Positions 26,445 through 40,374 of a stretch of DNA of 64,000 nucleotides are shown here, in pieces. Location of the stretch: NCBI RefSeq assembly GCF_947568905.1, contig NC_079170.1:4402001-4466000 (forward strand), in the 5' to 3' direction. Position 1 is the stretch's first letter. Each line of letters begins with the position of its first letter. This DNA comes from Ostrea edulis (lineage: Eukaryota). A program made the translations under genes and the position numbers. The notes under the pieces were generated by a model. That model searched no databases. It worked only from the letters and a program-made list of their open reading frames with translations, and was not told the origin of the DNA.

Positions 26445-27695
26445 ACTTGACCCCTAAGGGTAGATGTCGTAAGTTTTCTCTCTGTAGCATGGCTTTCTGC
26501 ATGCTGCACGATTTCCGTGGGTTTGGGCAAATGCGATTACTTTTAACTTTACTTTCGCAGTAAACGAGTGATGTAATTTACCCATCTTAAATGCAGTTAT
26601 GTTTGAATTCCCCGTTTCACTACCATTTAATTTTTTCTTTACAGACGGAGCATCAATTGTTTACGGCACCAATTAAACTTTTGGCTTTGATTATTATAAT
26701 TTTGATAATTATCGAGTGGGGTTGATACATGTATACTGCACCTTTGTACATCATTTTTCGCAGCTTCGGTAGTTTGTCAATTACAACACATTGAATGCCC
26801 ATTCAATATTTTGAATTGATGTATATAACGTCGGCTATATGATTTGAAGTTTAAACGAAAAAAATATATAGTCTGTTAAATGTTTAATAGAAATGCTACA
26901 AAATCTCGTGCTTTACTGAAATCTACATTTCTCCCAGAAGATACTCGGTGAAGATTACCGCTATAAGGCATGAATGCCATTTCTTAAAATGTTGCTCCGC
27001 TGTATTGAGGCCTTACATTATTTCCACATAGAATTCTAGTGAAATTAATCGCAAATAATAAAATCAAGATTGGTAAGAATTTTTGCCGCGTATTATACAC
27101 ACGAGCTATTATTCTTCCTCAATTCTCAGACTCAAAAAGGGGGTGCGTATCAAATAGCAATGCGTATTTTATTCGACAAAACACGGTATATTTCATAGTG
27201 TGTTTTTTTAACTAAAACAGTAAAAAGCTACACTGCATGAAAAGCGGCGTTTAATAAAATTAAATTTCATTAAATCTACACTTTACATCAACTTTCACTT
27301 TAATTCAGATTTAATGTTGAATTATACTTGGAAGTATCACAGAAATTAAATCTCAACTTTACTTCAGATATAAAAAAAAAAATAAACGCCATTAAACTGC
27401 AAATATAATTAAGTTTCCGGTAAAACGAACGTCATACGACAAATTGCTTGTACACAGACAATGCAACGTTGAGATGTCCATGCTATGAACCAAACCAAAC
27501 CAAAGCATAGAAAAATATTAGAGCACAAACTTTTTATCACCTCATAAAAGTTCGACAGCTGATATTATTTCGTAGATTTTCAAAAGGGGGTGCAACCCAG
27601 GTTTGAATGTCGAGTTGTTGACCATTCAGAAAGGTATGGGTGAAGAGCCCAAAATGACTTTAATATTAAAATGATACACCAAAGAGAGAGGGGGT

Positions 27696-28221
27696 GCAAT
27701 ACGCAAGTTCCGGGTTACCCAAAAGTTATTTCCCTTTGTCGAACTCTTTCGCATTTTATGACGTATGGTGGGTACACAATGTATACATTATATCGTAGAC
27801 TGGCATTGTACATAACGATTACGTACGATTAATGTAATAGAAGAGTAACTTTTGTTTATATCAATCACTGGTATACATATTCTGGCCATATCAAGCATAA
27901 TTTGTTTGAATAAGATCATCAAATTGGCTATTGAATCATTATTCGTTTCCTCTTCTACATGAGTGACGCTTTTATCAAAGAAAGATGGCAATTAACAATA
28001 TTTGTTAGAGCCATTTTCTTATCCAATACTCATAAACTCACTAAAGTTGCCTTTTCCCTGAGATAGGATGGTCTCAGAAACTCTGGATATCATCTTTTAA
28101 GAAATAATACAACGATAGTAATTACCAAATGTACCCACTGTCATCATATTTTACGTCATAATTTACGGAAGAGTTCGACAAAGGGAAATAACTCTTGGGG
28201 AACTCGGAACTTCCGTATTAC
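27696..28221. mobile_element. MITE-like element with long imperfect TIRs
   Basis: AATACGCAAGTTCCGGGTTACCCAAAAGTTATTTCCCTTTGTCGAACTCT at the left is mirrored by its reverse complement at about 28150-28219. Confidence 0.7.
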
Positions 28222-28343
28222 CATGCTCCTTTTAAATCTGCCACTATTCAGCAAATGATACAAGTTTGACCTTTTATACTAAATGTTCACATCCGCTTCA
28301 GTGTGAAACCAGTCCTGCATGGTTGTCTTCTTTTTTTTTACGT

Positions 28344-28555
28344 CCCTCTCGAGAACTTTTTACTCATATGGAGACCACCATTGCCGATGAAACGGTGCAA
28401 AATTTAGGTAGATGCTCTCAGTTTAGTTTTGAACAGGGAGGGGATCTTTTAACGTGCCACCCCTGCTGTGACACGCCCCCCTGTTATGGCTGTCTTATCT
28501 GAAAGACTGCCCCATTTAGTCGCCTCTTACAGTCAAGGGGTACTGAGGACCTATA
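28344..28555 (-). mobile_element. SINE body/tail fragment (resembles bivalve tRNA-derived Meta-type SINE)
   Basis: Homologous to 55800-56000. The family name is from memory of the TGTCACAGCAG..TGGCACG..AAAGATCCC motif and was not searched. Confidence 0.55.
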
Positions 28556-28845
28556 ATCCAAGAAAGGAATATATTTCTTCAACCAATTGTTTTTTTCATT
28601 CAAACAAAAGAAAAACAGGTTTTATTTTCGTTTATTGCATACGTATCTTTTAAGCATAAATAATCAAAAATATGACCTCCCCTTCAACATTTTGGGAAAA
28701 CATTTCTATATACGTCTTCATATCACCGAAATAGCCATGGTACATGTATGTCCAACAATTCAAATGTTAGGAAACACAGGTATTAAAGTACATTAAAGGT
28801 TTTCACAAACATTACATGAATACATGAAATTAGCCACATATCCTG

Positions 28846-29199
28846 TTCCAAGATGGCTGATGCCAACTGGCACAGGACGTGCATCCTTCCAAGATGGCTG
28901 ATGCCAACTGGCACAGAACATGCATCCTTCCAAGATGGCTGATGCCAACTGGCACAGGACGTGCATCCTTCCAAGATGACTGATGCCAACTGGCACAGGA
29001 CGTGCATCCTTCCAAGATGGCTGATGCCAACTGGCACAGGACGTGCATCCTTCCAATATGGCTGATGCCAACTGGCACAGGACGTGCATCCTTCCAAGAT
29101 GGCTGATGCCAACTGGCAAAGAACGTGCATCCTTCCAAGATGGCTGATGCCAACTGGCACAGGACGTGCATCCTTCCAAGATGGCTCATACCAACTGGC
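28846..29199. repeat. 41-bp tandem repeat, about 8.6 copies
   Basis: Unit TTCCAAGATGGCTGATGCCAACTGGCACAGGACGTGCATCC at 28846, 28887 ... 29174. Confidence 0.97.
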
Positions 29200-29307
29200 T
29201 AAAGACAAAAATATTCCAATTTTGCTTACGCAATATATCACATAAAACATTGTTTTGAAATACCCCAATCTATCGATACAGTAAAATACATCAACCTTGC
29301 ATTTTGT

Positions 29308-32100
29308 TCATACATTTACCCCTTTAATAACAGGACAGATGTAAGATACATTCTTGTTAAAAAGCATACCATCAGCACATATGTATTTACAACTGATTCT
29401 CTGAACTGGAATGAAAGCAGAAGGCCCAAAAGTTTCATAAACATTCTGTCTCCACAACTCAACAGGCTTCCCACAGTGATATTTATGCACATTCGGGAGT
29501 GGCACAAGCCAAAACACTTTTGCAAATAAGTGAACACGGCTTTAATTTCCAACGATAAGGTTGTGTTGAAGAAAATATTGAATCACTCCAGGATGAAGGT
29601 CTCCTGTTCCAACTTCTTCAATGATATTTCCATCGTTGGAATGCCAGTAAGCCATGACAAATGAGGAACGCTTGTGACGAGATTGAACAGAACCATAAAC
29701 TTCTCCACCAAGAGATATGAAGGAACATTTTCTGAAGGACTTTGGAATGCATTCAATATGTTCATGAAGATCTGGATAAATATGTCTGTATGTTTTCTGT
29801 AACATATCAAAGTCTGCTGAACACATTACATGACATGATGTCTTCTGACATGAAAAAGCAGAACAAATTTGCCAATCCTGTCCAACAATATGGGCACTTC
29901 TTTTCGACATATACAAAATTTTCAAAATATCTGAATCAGAACGAATTCTGTCAGAACATAATTCTGTCACATTTGGAAAATGTTTCTTAAATTCATCAAA
30001 ATATAAACCAGGGAATTGCAAAGAATGTACAAAAGAATCTCTTAAAAAACCTCTCATAAGCTGCATTTCTATAGATCTGCTATTGTTTGGCATACTTCCC
30101 AAATGACCATTATATCTTTCAAAACTAAAAAGCCAAAATGAGTAAATGGGACCATAATCAAGCACACACTGTGATAAATGACAATGCATATGCATATTTG
30201 GTGTTATACTTGAAACACCATAAACTCTTTCTACACCTTTACAAAACTCAATAACATATCTATCAAATCTAGCTATTTCTACATTTGAAATAAATTTAGA
30301 GGTTAGAGTTCTGCAAGCTAAAACAAAATTTCGCCATACCTCCAAATCTGTTTTAGGTAAAATATCTACTAGTGCAAAAATTGAGAAAAAAATTGTCCAA
30401 TTTTTCCATTGCTCAGCGGTAAATCCTCCAAACGAGGATGCAATTTTTCTAGGAATAGTCCCTATGTTGCTTGCTGTATCAACTGAATCAACTTTTTGCT
30501 GAATTAAACTTAATTGATCTAAATGCAAAACCTTTAAATGAAGCCATAATTTCATCATCTTTTTAGCAGTCCCTTGAAATAAATTATGCATTGGATCAAC
30601 AATGGACATTCTTATTGGGTCAAAATAATCAATTTCACTCAATACTGAATATTTAACTCCATGAGAAGCTTCAAGTTTTTCTTTCTCTGTTTGAGTTTTG
30701 GCTTTTCTTACAACTTTCATAGATAAATTATAATCATTCAATGTTCTTGCTGGCCAATTATCAACATCAAAACCTGAATAGTCTTTTTTGCCTACACCAC
30801 CTGGAAATTTTTTGAAACATTTTGAGCAACCTAATGTTGCAGAATGACCCAAAAACCCACACAATGTACGTGTTGCTGGAATGTCACATCCAACACACAT
30901 AAGCGCAACTTTAAAATTCTTTTTTACATAAGGACTCTTATATGAAGCCAACTGAAATCCCTGCGACCATGCTACTTTAAGTTCATTAACAAGAGGTGTT
31001 ATGAAACTATTTACACACCTATTAGCAATACATTCTTCAATCTAAACCGTTCACTTCTAGGCAAATTCAAAATAACTGCATACAATACACCAACAGAATA
31101 TTTAACGTGCTTAAACGGCTGAAACCAATCTAAATTCAACATTAAACCATAATTATTTCGATGGCATAAAAAATTATTTTTTTCTGTACTTTGAAACTCT
31201 TTCCAGACATTCCCATCATAAATATCTGTTAGAAACCCGGGTGACTTTTTCCTTGATCGCCAATGGTCACAGAGGTCTTCAAACCTTGGCCTCTTAATCA
31301 AATCTTGCAAAGATTCACGAATAGGTTTATAACAATATGATTTAAAAGGATAAAGTTTTCTTGTACCATCTAAAAGTGTTACAGATTTCAACAATAGCTC
31401 CCCACATGGTTTTCGCCTTGCTGGTTGTGAATGGTTAGGATATTCCACAAAAGGACATTTTGTTGAAACAATTTGACCCTCTAAAGTCAATAAACATTCA
31501 CTATACTTGTAAATCGAAAAGCATTTTCTGCACACAACATACTTTGTGAAATTGTCTCTTTTCAAGCCTACTTTTTTCCACAACAAATAAACTGAACCTG
31601 GAAAGATGGCGGCTAAACTTGAAAATGCTATAGATTCTCTTCCTATTTGACAAAAAAATGTATGCAAAAATGAGAGAAGGCTGTTTATAACAGAGTCTGG
31701 CAGCATGAAAATGGATTGCCAAGTACATATAAATATACATAACCACATCAAAAGTGTCCCAAGATTCATGTTTGGGTTTGGAACAGTTCCATCATTAATT
31801 CCATTTTCTCCACAAAGCTCCTCCATCTGAAGGTCTAAATCTATATCCTCTAAACTTGTGCTATTCCAAACCTCATCTTCACTTTCAGAGTCTGTGTCAC
31901 AATTTTTTTCATAATTTTTTTTTCGTAAATAGGATTGAAAAACATCATGTAATCTATGAGAAGATACATTTTCATCTGATGAACTATCAGATAATTCCTC
32001 AATGACCTCATGAGATGAAAATTCAATATTTTCAAAGACAGATCTAGATTTGGAACAAATCCATTGATTATTACAGAAGTTTCTTTCTCTGTGCTATTGG
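29308..32100 (-). pseudogene. EnSpm/CACTA-type transposase, disrupted
   Basis: Motifs DIYDG..W, LNLDWFQPF, LNLPRSERF, CDIPATR.LCGF.GH...GCSKC, DPMHNLF.GTAK, TPNMH...HL, FSFERYNG.LG. In-frame TAA at 29542-29544, an apparent deletion/frameshift near 31010 (LIGV|NSFITPL), and a stop in the acidic N-terminal region. Confidence 0.88.
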
Positions 32101-32530
32101 AAATATCTAGAAGTAAATGATTGTTTACATCCTGGAGATTCTTTTCTCGACATTTTTTTCCGCTGAGCTTGATGGGAAAATGAGAGTTTTTGTTTCCCCA
32201 ACATGTTTAATTGCTTATCAAAATAAACTTTTCCAAAAAAATAAAATATGATTTCAATAGGAAAAAAAAATTAATAAAAAAACCCAACCCAAAACAATAC
32301 TAATAACTGGAGTACATGTATCAACACAGCCAATTTTTGTTTTTGTTTTGTTTCTCTTAACAAAAAACTAAAAATAAATTACGAAAAGCAAAGTGAAAGG
32401 ATAGTGCTAAGAACTCAAGAATTTTGATATGTTCACTCATACATGTACCTAATGTAAAAACATTGAAAATAATATAGTCAAAATTTTAAACAAAATTTGC
32501 ATTTTTTTTTCTACTCTTAACTAAATGAAT

Positions 32531-33938
32531 TCAATAGTTGGTAAATTTTAAGAGCTTCTCCCTTTTGTCTCTTTCATCATCCAACATCTTGCACAATTTA
32601 ACTGTTTCCCTGTCTCCATTCCCAAATAACTCCTTTGCTGTCTTGTAGGTGTTTCTTTTCTCTACACAGGTGTCATCTATAAATATGCCATCCTCCCTAC
32701 ACTGCACATTTACTTCCCTTTCTGCCTCCTCCACTTTCCCTAATAAAGTTTCCTCCTCTTGTTCAACTTTCTCTACTGAAAAATTAAATGATGTTTAATA
32801 AATTAATATACAATTAAAATCTAACAATCATAACAATTGACAGATTAGATCTTATATGATCAAAATACCTCTATTTAGAATAAATGAAAGACCCATGAGC
32901 CAATATGTTTGGCTCACATATGCAACTCTTCTGATATGCTGACATCAATATTATCAGCACTTCACAAGAAGATATAAAAATTGTCCAGTACCCCCCCCCA
33001 CCCCATTATATATACTTTTATACAAAATTTTAAACCCCTCCTGTTGCCCCATTCCTAGGCCTGTACAGACATTTTGTATAAAGATCTTTTTTTTCTCTTT
33101 TGGGGGAATGTCTGGTGCAGTGGTGCTGTAGTTTTGAAAAAAAAATAGGTTGTTTCACCCTATCTTTAAACTTAGGTAAACTTTCTCACTAACCGATGTG
33201 AGCAGGATTCGAACCCGCGATGACCAGAGGTGAGAGCGTAATGCTCTAACCACTCAGCCACTGAGGCCCTATTAGTGAACAAAATATTGTTTAAATTAAA
33301 AAAAATATCAAATAATATCTTATTTTTTTTTAAATTATCTCCCTCTGACAGGGCATCAGAATCCTTTTTAAAACAATTTGGATTATAACTAGCCAAACTG
33401 TTAAGTTTTAGGAAAAATGTATAAAACCTAAAAAATAATCCATGAGAACAGACAGATGAGATGCACAGATCAGAAAAGCCAAATTTCGCCTTCAACTCAT
33501 TTCAGCTAATACAAAATTTGCATTAATTTCTCTATCATGAAGCTATAAAAATATTCAATTTACTTCCATAGCCTGCCTGTAAATATAAATGTAAGCTTAA
33601 TTTTGGTAAAATATTGAAATTAATTTCAAATCATAAAAAACCCAGTAGTTTAATATACATTGTACATGACAAATAAGGTCAACATTAATTGATCAGGAAC
33701 AAGCAATCATACATGGTATTACTTGTCCACATACTGTGATTATATGTTCATGTACACTGTACTAAGTCTAGCATCCTTTATTGCAAATTCATGTAAAATA
33801 TTTACTGTTTTCTTGATTGAAATCTTTAAATGCCTCTGAACTCTCATTTAACTGCCGGAGCCTTGCCTTTTGCATTCTGTTTCTTCTTCTGTTTTCTTGC
33901 CTCTTCTTTCTCTTACTTATTAAAGAATGTCTTCCCAT
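32531..33938 (-). CDS. Predicted two-exon 125-aa protein with basic N-terminus (exons 33938-33806 and 32775-32531)
   Basis: MGRHSLISKRKKRQENRRRNRMQKARLRQ... A phase-1 GT donor (33805) and TTTTCAG acceptor (32776) join in frame to EKVEQEEE...FTNY*. An acceptor also precedes the ATG. Confidence 0.6.
33198..33268 (-). mobile_element. tRNA-derived SINE head
   Basis: Minus strand GGCCTCAGTGGCTGAGTGGTTAGAGC...GGGTTCGAATCCTGC: A and B boxes present, anticodon arm irregular. Confidence 0.55.
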
Positions 33939-36326
33939 TTTATCTACAATAATGAAATAAAACTAGAGTACTCATATTCCCTCATAATTTTTTCCTTCAA
34001 CTTGAAATCAAGGAAGCAATGTTTATGCATGCCATCTTATAAATGAAAAGTTTACAACAGCGACTGCCGACAAATTCTCAACTAATAGAAAATTCAGTCT
34101 TCGACGTTAACCAGTGGCCCGCAGTCAGACCTGACCGATGTGCAGTGCCTAAGGTCCGATGCATCATTTTTTACACCGGACCAGAATGTCCGATGTCTCA
34201 GTGTCCGGTTTTGAGCTTTATTATTTTGAAGCGGAGTCATTTAAATGTTTGTTATGAGTAAAAAATATCACACAAATCCAAATACGTAAATGAATGTGAT
34301 TAAACCCCATGGACCGTCTAAAGTATTATGCGGGAGGGATCCCTGGTATAGTATTACTAGTATAATAAATTAAGATTTACTTGGTTTTACATTTTCACGT
34401 GTTTCACTTTTTTACATTAGGTTTTTCGGTCTGACAAAATTTGGTTTGGTCCGGTGTGTTCATTGATTACACAGGACCGAATGTCCTATGTGGTCCAAAA
34501 AACTTTCGCATAGACTGGGCCCGATGCCCGTAAAATCGGGATTCTAAAAATATATAACCCAGGAGTCCAGCGGGCCTGTAAATGTTTTCTTATATATGTT
34601 CTGTATATATGATAAATAAAGCGCGAGATCGACTCCAACTTGGTCACGACTAGCAGTCACATTTTGCATCGTAAAACGATCAACCATACTGCATCGGACC
34701 AAGGGTAGGCCTTGGCTAGGATTTGATTCTGGAGAAAACAAAATGTTTTGTACGTGGTATATACAAAACAAAGTAGAACATGAGCTGCTGATGTGTCTGC
34801 GAGATTAATATGTTGAAAAATAAAATAAGATAATCCTTTTAGTGTCAGTTGTTCTCTAACTATGATCATCTTGATATGTATTTTCCTACAGTTGAACATG
34901 CATGTATCTATAGTGTAGAATCAGCATGCAGCACCTGGCAAATGACAAGTGGTCAAATTAGAAAAAAACATTTGGGCCTTTAAAATATTGTTCGGGCTTG
35001 CAAAATTATTATACTGGGAAGCCCGAAGGGCCTGTGCTTCACAAAGTTTTTCGTGAAGACTAGAAATGCTTTATTAAACCTTGCAAGTTTGGCTCAGGTG
35101 AGCTAATTCTTCTTATTAAATATAATCTACAGCAATCTAGTAAAAATTGATTGTATAGTAATTAGATGAATTTCTTACCACCAGATATTCTTTTGATGTT
35201 AAATGACCAACTTCTGTACAGCAAATTTTTTAACCTGAAATATGGAACAATTAATTGTTTTCAGCCATTAATAATATCCTCAACAAGGGATTCAGGGGGT
35301 CTAGGACCCCCCCCCCCCCCCCCCCTTTCCAGAGCAAGAAGACCCCCTTTGTAGAACAAGAAGATATTCACATAAGATATCACTGAATGGAAAGTCTAAG
35401 GTGGACGCTTATTAATTGCAGTCAGTTACGAGTATGGCAATTAGATCGACAAGAACCGTGGAAGCAAGTAGTACATGGCTAAGTATATAGAGCACCTCAC
35501 TATAGATTTACAGGGCCCAGGACAAATCTCAATCTTGTCTACTACAAATTCCAACCCTTGTAGACCCCCCCCCCCTTACAAATTCCTGGATCCGTCTATG
35601 CTCTAATCCACATGTTTCTCATACATGTATGCATATAAACAGCCAAAGTACACCCTAACAAATGGTCTCTGCTACCAACATCACATAATTCCTTTGGTTT
35701 ATTTGTACAAAGTACACAAAATCACAATCAGGGTTAAAAATATCATAAGAAAAGGCAATCGGAAAACATATCATTTTGGATGACTATTTACACACACAAA
35801 CATGTGATGTCAATTTCCCTGATGTATCTATGATATAATATCAACACATAATATTAGGAATTATCAACACTTACAAATGTTGTACATAATGAATGTACAA
35901 CTGTTCTGCCACAGCTCTCTGTTTTGTCAGTAAAAAACGCCCAGTAGTTTTACCTCTTTATTCATGTAGCAGTAATTACAGTAACAAACTGAAATACATA
36001 TAAACAAATTCTGCTCACACATATATCAGAATAGTTGACTTAATAAATTCAGAATTTCACATTTACTTTAGAAAATTTTTAATTCAAATAGCATAAAAAT
36101 AAATAGAATGAACATACATTGCTGCCCCTTTACACCGCAAGATCGATGGAAAGCGTCCCAGACGCTGTGTTGGGAAAATGACTCCCCGAGTCTGTCCTCG
36201 GTGCACGAGAAAAAATGTCTTAATGTTCAAACCGGATGTAATCACTATTAACTAAATAAACGTTTTCCGGACGACCCAACGAATTCCGGTGGCGTCACAC
36301 TCCCCGCCTGACATCTTATGATGTCA

Positions 36327-39300
36327 CTATGATGAAGGTGTAAACAGGTGAACAACCTCTGTAATGGGTCTAACACACGTAACACAGTTACCGTTCCTAA
36401 CAAGTCGGAGTTCTACTTTACGTACATGTCCATCGTTGCTAGGGAAGGTTCGAAGAACAATTGCCATTGGCCATTCGTATCTGACAGTGTTAGTATCCTT
36501 CAGTAACACTACGTCGTTGACCTTGATGTCCTCCCTTGAAATAGTCCACTTTCGCCTTGATTGCAGACTGAACAAGTATTCCAGTTGTCATCGTTTCCAA
36601 AACTGGTTGGCAAGGACTTGAGTGTGTTTCCATGATGTTCTATACATGTCTTTCAGATCAACTGCTTCAAAAGGTCCATAATCGACTTCTGTCTTTTGTG
36701 TAAGTAGCACTGAAGGAGATAGAACTGAAGGTTCTGTTGGATCAATGGATACATTAGCCAATGGACGACTGTTGATAATAGCACATGTCTCATACATAAA
36801 AGTGTTGAGAACATCATGTGTAAGAAGCTTCTTAGACTCCATGATGATGGCATTAAGAATTCTGCGAGCTGTTCCAATGATTCTCTCCCATATCCCTCCC
36901 ACATGAGATGCGTAAGGTGGGTTAAATATCCAAGTAGATCCATTTTCCACCATGAATTTCCTTACTGGTTGAGATTCTACGTTGATAGTATTGATGTTAA
37001 GTGCATCTGTACTCCCCACAAAGTTAGTTCCTCGGTCTGAATGAAATTCGGTAACTTTGCCACGAATCGCTACAAAACGTCTAAGGGAGTTAATGAAGGC
37101 ACTAGAAGTCATCTCGTCCACCAGTTCTATATGCACTGCTCTACTAGCCAAACAAGTAAATAAGATTGCCCATCTCTTGGAATTTGCTACTCCTCCTCTT
37201 GTTTTCCTAGCTGATACTTCCCAGGGTCCAAAGGTATCAACTCCTACGTAGGTGAAAGGTGGTGATGGTTTACATCGAAAATCGGGTAAGTTTCCCATTT
37301 TTTGTATTTCCGGCTTCCGGCGTAGTTTTCTACAGGTAATACAAGAGTTTAGTACTGATGATACAAGTCTCTTGGCGCCCATGATCCAATAACCTGCTGA
37401 CCTCACTCCGCCCTCTGTAATGTGACGTCCCTGATGTCGACATTTTTGGTGGTAATACTTTACAAGTAGACTCGCCACATGTGACTTTTTGGGAATGATA
37501 ATCGGTCCATTTGATCCGGCCATTAGATCTCCCGTAAGGATTCTGCCTCCTACACGAAGTAATCCCCCATCGTCCAGATACGGGTCTAGGTTTCGTAGGG
37601 GACTACCTTTGACAACTGATTTGTGATCTTGAAGTCTCTCAATGTCTTGTCTATAAACTTCATACTGCGCACTTTTGATAACTATCATTTCCATATCTTT
37701 GTGCAGTTTTGTAGGACTTATATCTTCAAGGTTGAGTTTCCTGTGAATTGATCTGCGAATGAATGACAGTCCACGAATCAAAGACTCCCAGGATGAAAAT
37801 CTTAGGAAAAAATTTGTGTTCAAACCACAAGACACATTTGTTTTAACAACAATCACAGTGTTTTTGATTTTAGAGTCATTTTTTGGATCCAGTAATGGGA
37901 ATTCTGATGAATGGTCACACGAGTCGTCATTCAAAATAATTGGTCCAGATAACCATGAAGATTTTACTCATTCGTTCACTGGCATAGAGCGCGTTCCAAT
38001 ATCAGTTGGATTCTGGTCTGATGCGACAAAAGTCCACTGTTCAGGAGATGAATTGTTGAGTATGCGATGAACCCTGTTAGAGACGTATGTGTGAAATCGC
38101 CTAGTCTTGTTATGTAGGTACCCTAAAACAACTCGGCTGTCAGTATAGAATCGAATATCATCAATCTGTGTATCAAACTGACGTTCAACAAAGGTAGTAA
38201 TTTCTGTAGCAAGAAGTGCTGCACAAAGTTCTAGCCTTGGAATTGTATGTCCATGGTGAGATGCTAATTTCGATTTCCCTGTAATGAATCCTACATGATT
38301 TTTTCCATTTCTTGTAATTTTGATGTATGTGACAGCTGATATGGCCTTTTCAGAAGCATCTGCAAAGGTATGGAGCTCAATCCTTTCTGCATTTTTAATG
38401 GATGTTGGAACATAACGTCGAGGTATTTCTACTTCAGACAAGTGATGGAGAGAACTTTGCCATGACCGCCAGCGCAAGATGATGTCCTTGGGTAGCAGCT
38501 CGTCCCATCCGAGTTCCAACTGTGTTATGTCACGGAAAATGAATCTTCCTGATAGAATGACTGGTGATAGAAAACCTATTGGATCATACAGACTATGCAA
38601 ATAAGATAAAACGCCTCGTTTTGTTTCTGGTACATCTTTGAGATCCGTAGAGAAGGTAAAAGTATCTGACGATATGTTCCACTTCAAGCCCAGACTACTC
38701 TGTGATGGTATAGTATTTATATCTAATTGTACGTCACTAAGATCTCCAGCCCTGTCCCCAGGTGACAAAGCATCCACGACGATCTGACTATTGGAGGCAA
38801 ACTTATGGAATCTGATTTTACCTCTCTCCATGAGTATTTTTTGTGTTTGCAGCAAGACGTCTAGGGCTATAGGATGACAGTCCATCATCGACATAAAAGT
38901 TTCTAGTCACATAATATTTCACTTCACTGTCAGATGGTTCTTCTACACATCTATGAAGACAATATGCTGCGACTGATGGTGAAGGGGAATTTCCAAAGAG
39001 GTGCACACACATTCTGTAGTTTCTTAAAGGCTTTGTTGGGTCGTTATTTCCAAACCAAATAAAGCGGACAAAGTTTCGATGTTCTTCGTCTAAGCGAAAC
39101 ATATGGAACATCTGTTCTATATCCCCTGTGATTGCTACACGTTCCTTGCGGAAACGTAAAAGGACACCTAGTAGATTGTTGGTAAGATCAGGTCCCTGAA
39201 GTAATGAGGAATTCAGTGATTGTCATTGGTAAGTAATGGACGAGTCGAAAACCATACGGATTTTGTTTGGTTTCTTTGGATTGAATACCGGAAAGATAGG

Positions 39301-40374
39301 AAGGTACCAACACTCTTCTCCCTCTGGAACTTCGGGGGCTTCCTCAGCAAATCCATGATTAAACAGGTTTTCCATAAATTTTATGGCCAAGTCCTTCTTC
39401 ACAGGATCACGTTTAAACGACGCAAGCAGTGAAAAGGTTCTCTTTAGTACTTGTGCTCTGTTGTTGGGAAGCTTAGTTCTATTTGACTTCAGTGGGAGTG
39501 GAGCTGACCAATGTCCAGTGCTGTCCTTGTGACACATTTTCTCCATAATTTCTAAAAATTCTCGGTCTTCGATGGACAATCCCGGAATATCGTCATCTTT
39601 AGTTCGTTCAAAGATCGGAGAAAATTGTATTCCAGTTTCACATGACAGGTGAGAATCAGAAAGTTTTTGAGGTGTAGAAATGTTCAAATGAGATGAACAT
39701 GGTATGAAGTGAGTTCCTCGTCCAGAGGGTAAGATCCGAGTCTTGTTCACTATCACTTGTTGAGGTCTATGTACTTTGCCTAAGCAACATTCCCCTATCA
39801 CGGCTCAGCCCAAGGGAAGTTTTTGCGCAAATGGAAGGTTTGGTTTATCAATCCTTTGTTCCAGTACATGATGAGCATAAGGAACATCCCGTCCAATCAG
39901 AAGAACTTCAGCGTTGCTATCTATTGGTGGGATTTCAGATTCCAAGTCTGACAAGTGTTTGTATGATTTCACTACAGCTGCCGTTGGGATCTCCTCATAG
40001 GAGATTGGGATACCATCACACTCTATAATGGATGGTAAGTGTATCTGCTCATCACCATTAACTGATGATACTATGAAGTTGAAGGCTTGTCTCCCGGAGA
40101 CCATGCTTGATCCATTGCATGATGACAAGATATAGGAAATGTCTTTTCCCTGAATTCCAAACTTGTCGAAAAAGGATGACCTTGCAATAGTTCTACTGCT
40201 CTGGTCATCAAGAATCACATGTTCTTTTCTTGAGATCCTCACGTCCAAATGGAAAAACATCCACCAGAATGATTTTCGCACAGGATTTTCCACTGAATGG
40301 CACTGAACAGACTTGAGTGCATCTAGTTGTGAGAGATCCTGATGAATAGTACTCCTTAGATCTTGTACTTTCAA
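36327..40374 (-). pseudogene. pol: BEL/Pao pol (PR-RT-RNase H-integrase), fragmented
   Basis: KIRMVFD, GPDLTN, NFYVDD, FADASEKA, TIPRLELCAA, H..CRHQGRH..CITC, VDTFGP, SDRGTNF, INSRPL, C-terminal DUF5641-like segment. Several stops and frameshifts. Confidence 0.92.

Noticed and set aside
26119-26563. ORFs spanning N runs (also 7560-7826)
   Set aside because: Artefacts of assembly gaps and (AT)n.
28783-29268. Three overlapping Cys/His-rich ORFs
   Set aside because: Produced by the 41-bp tandem repeat, which is open in all minus frames.
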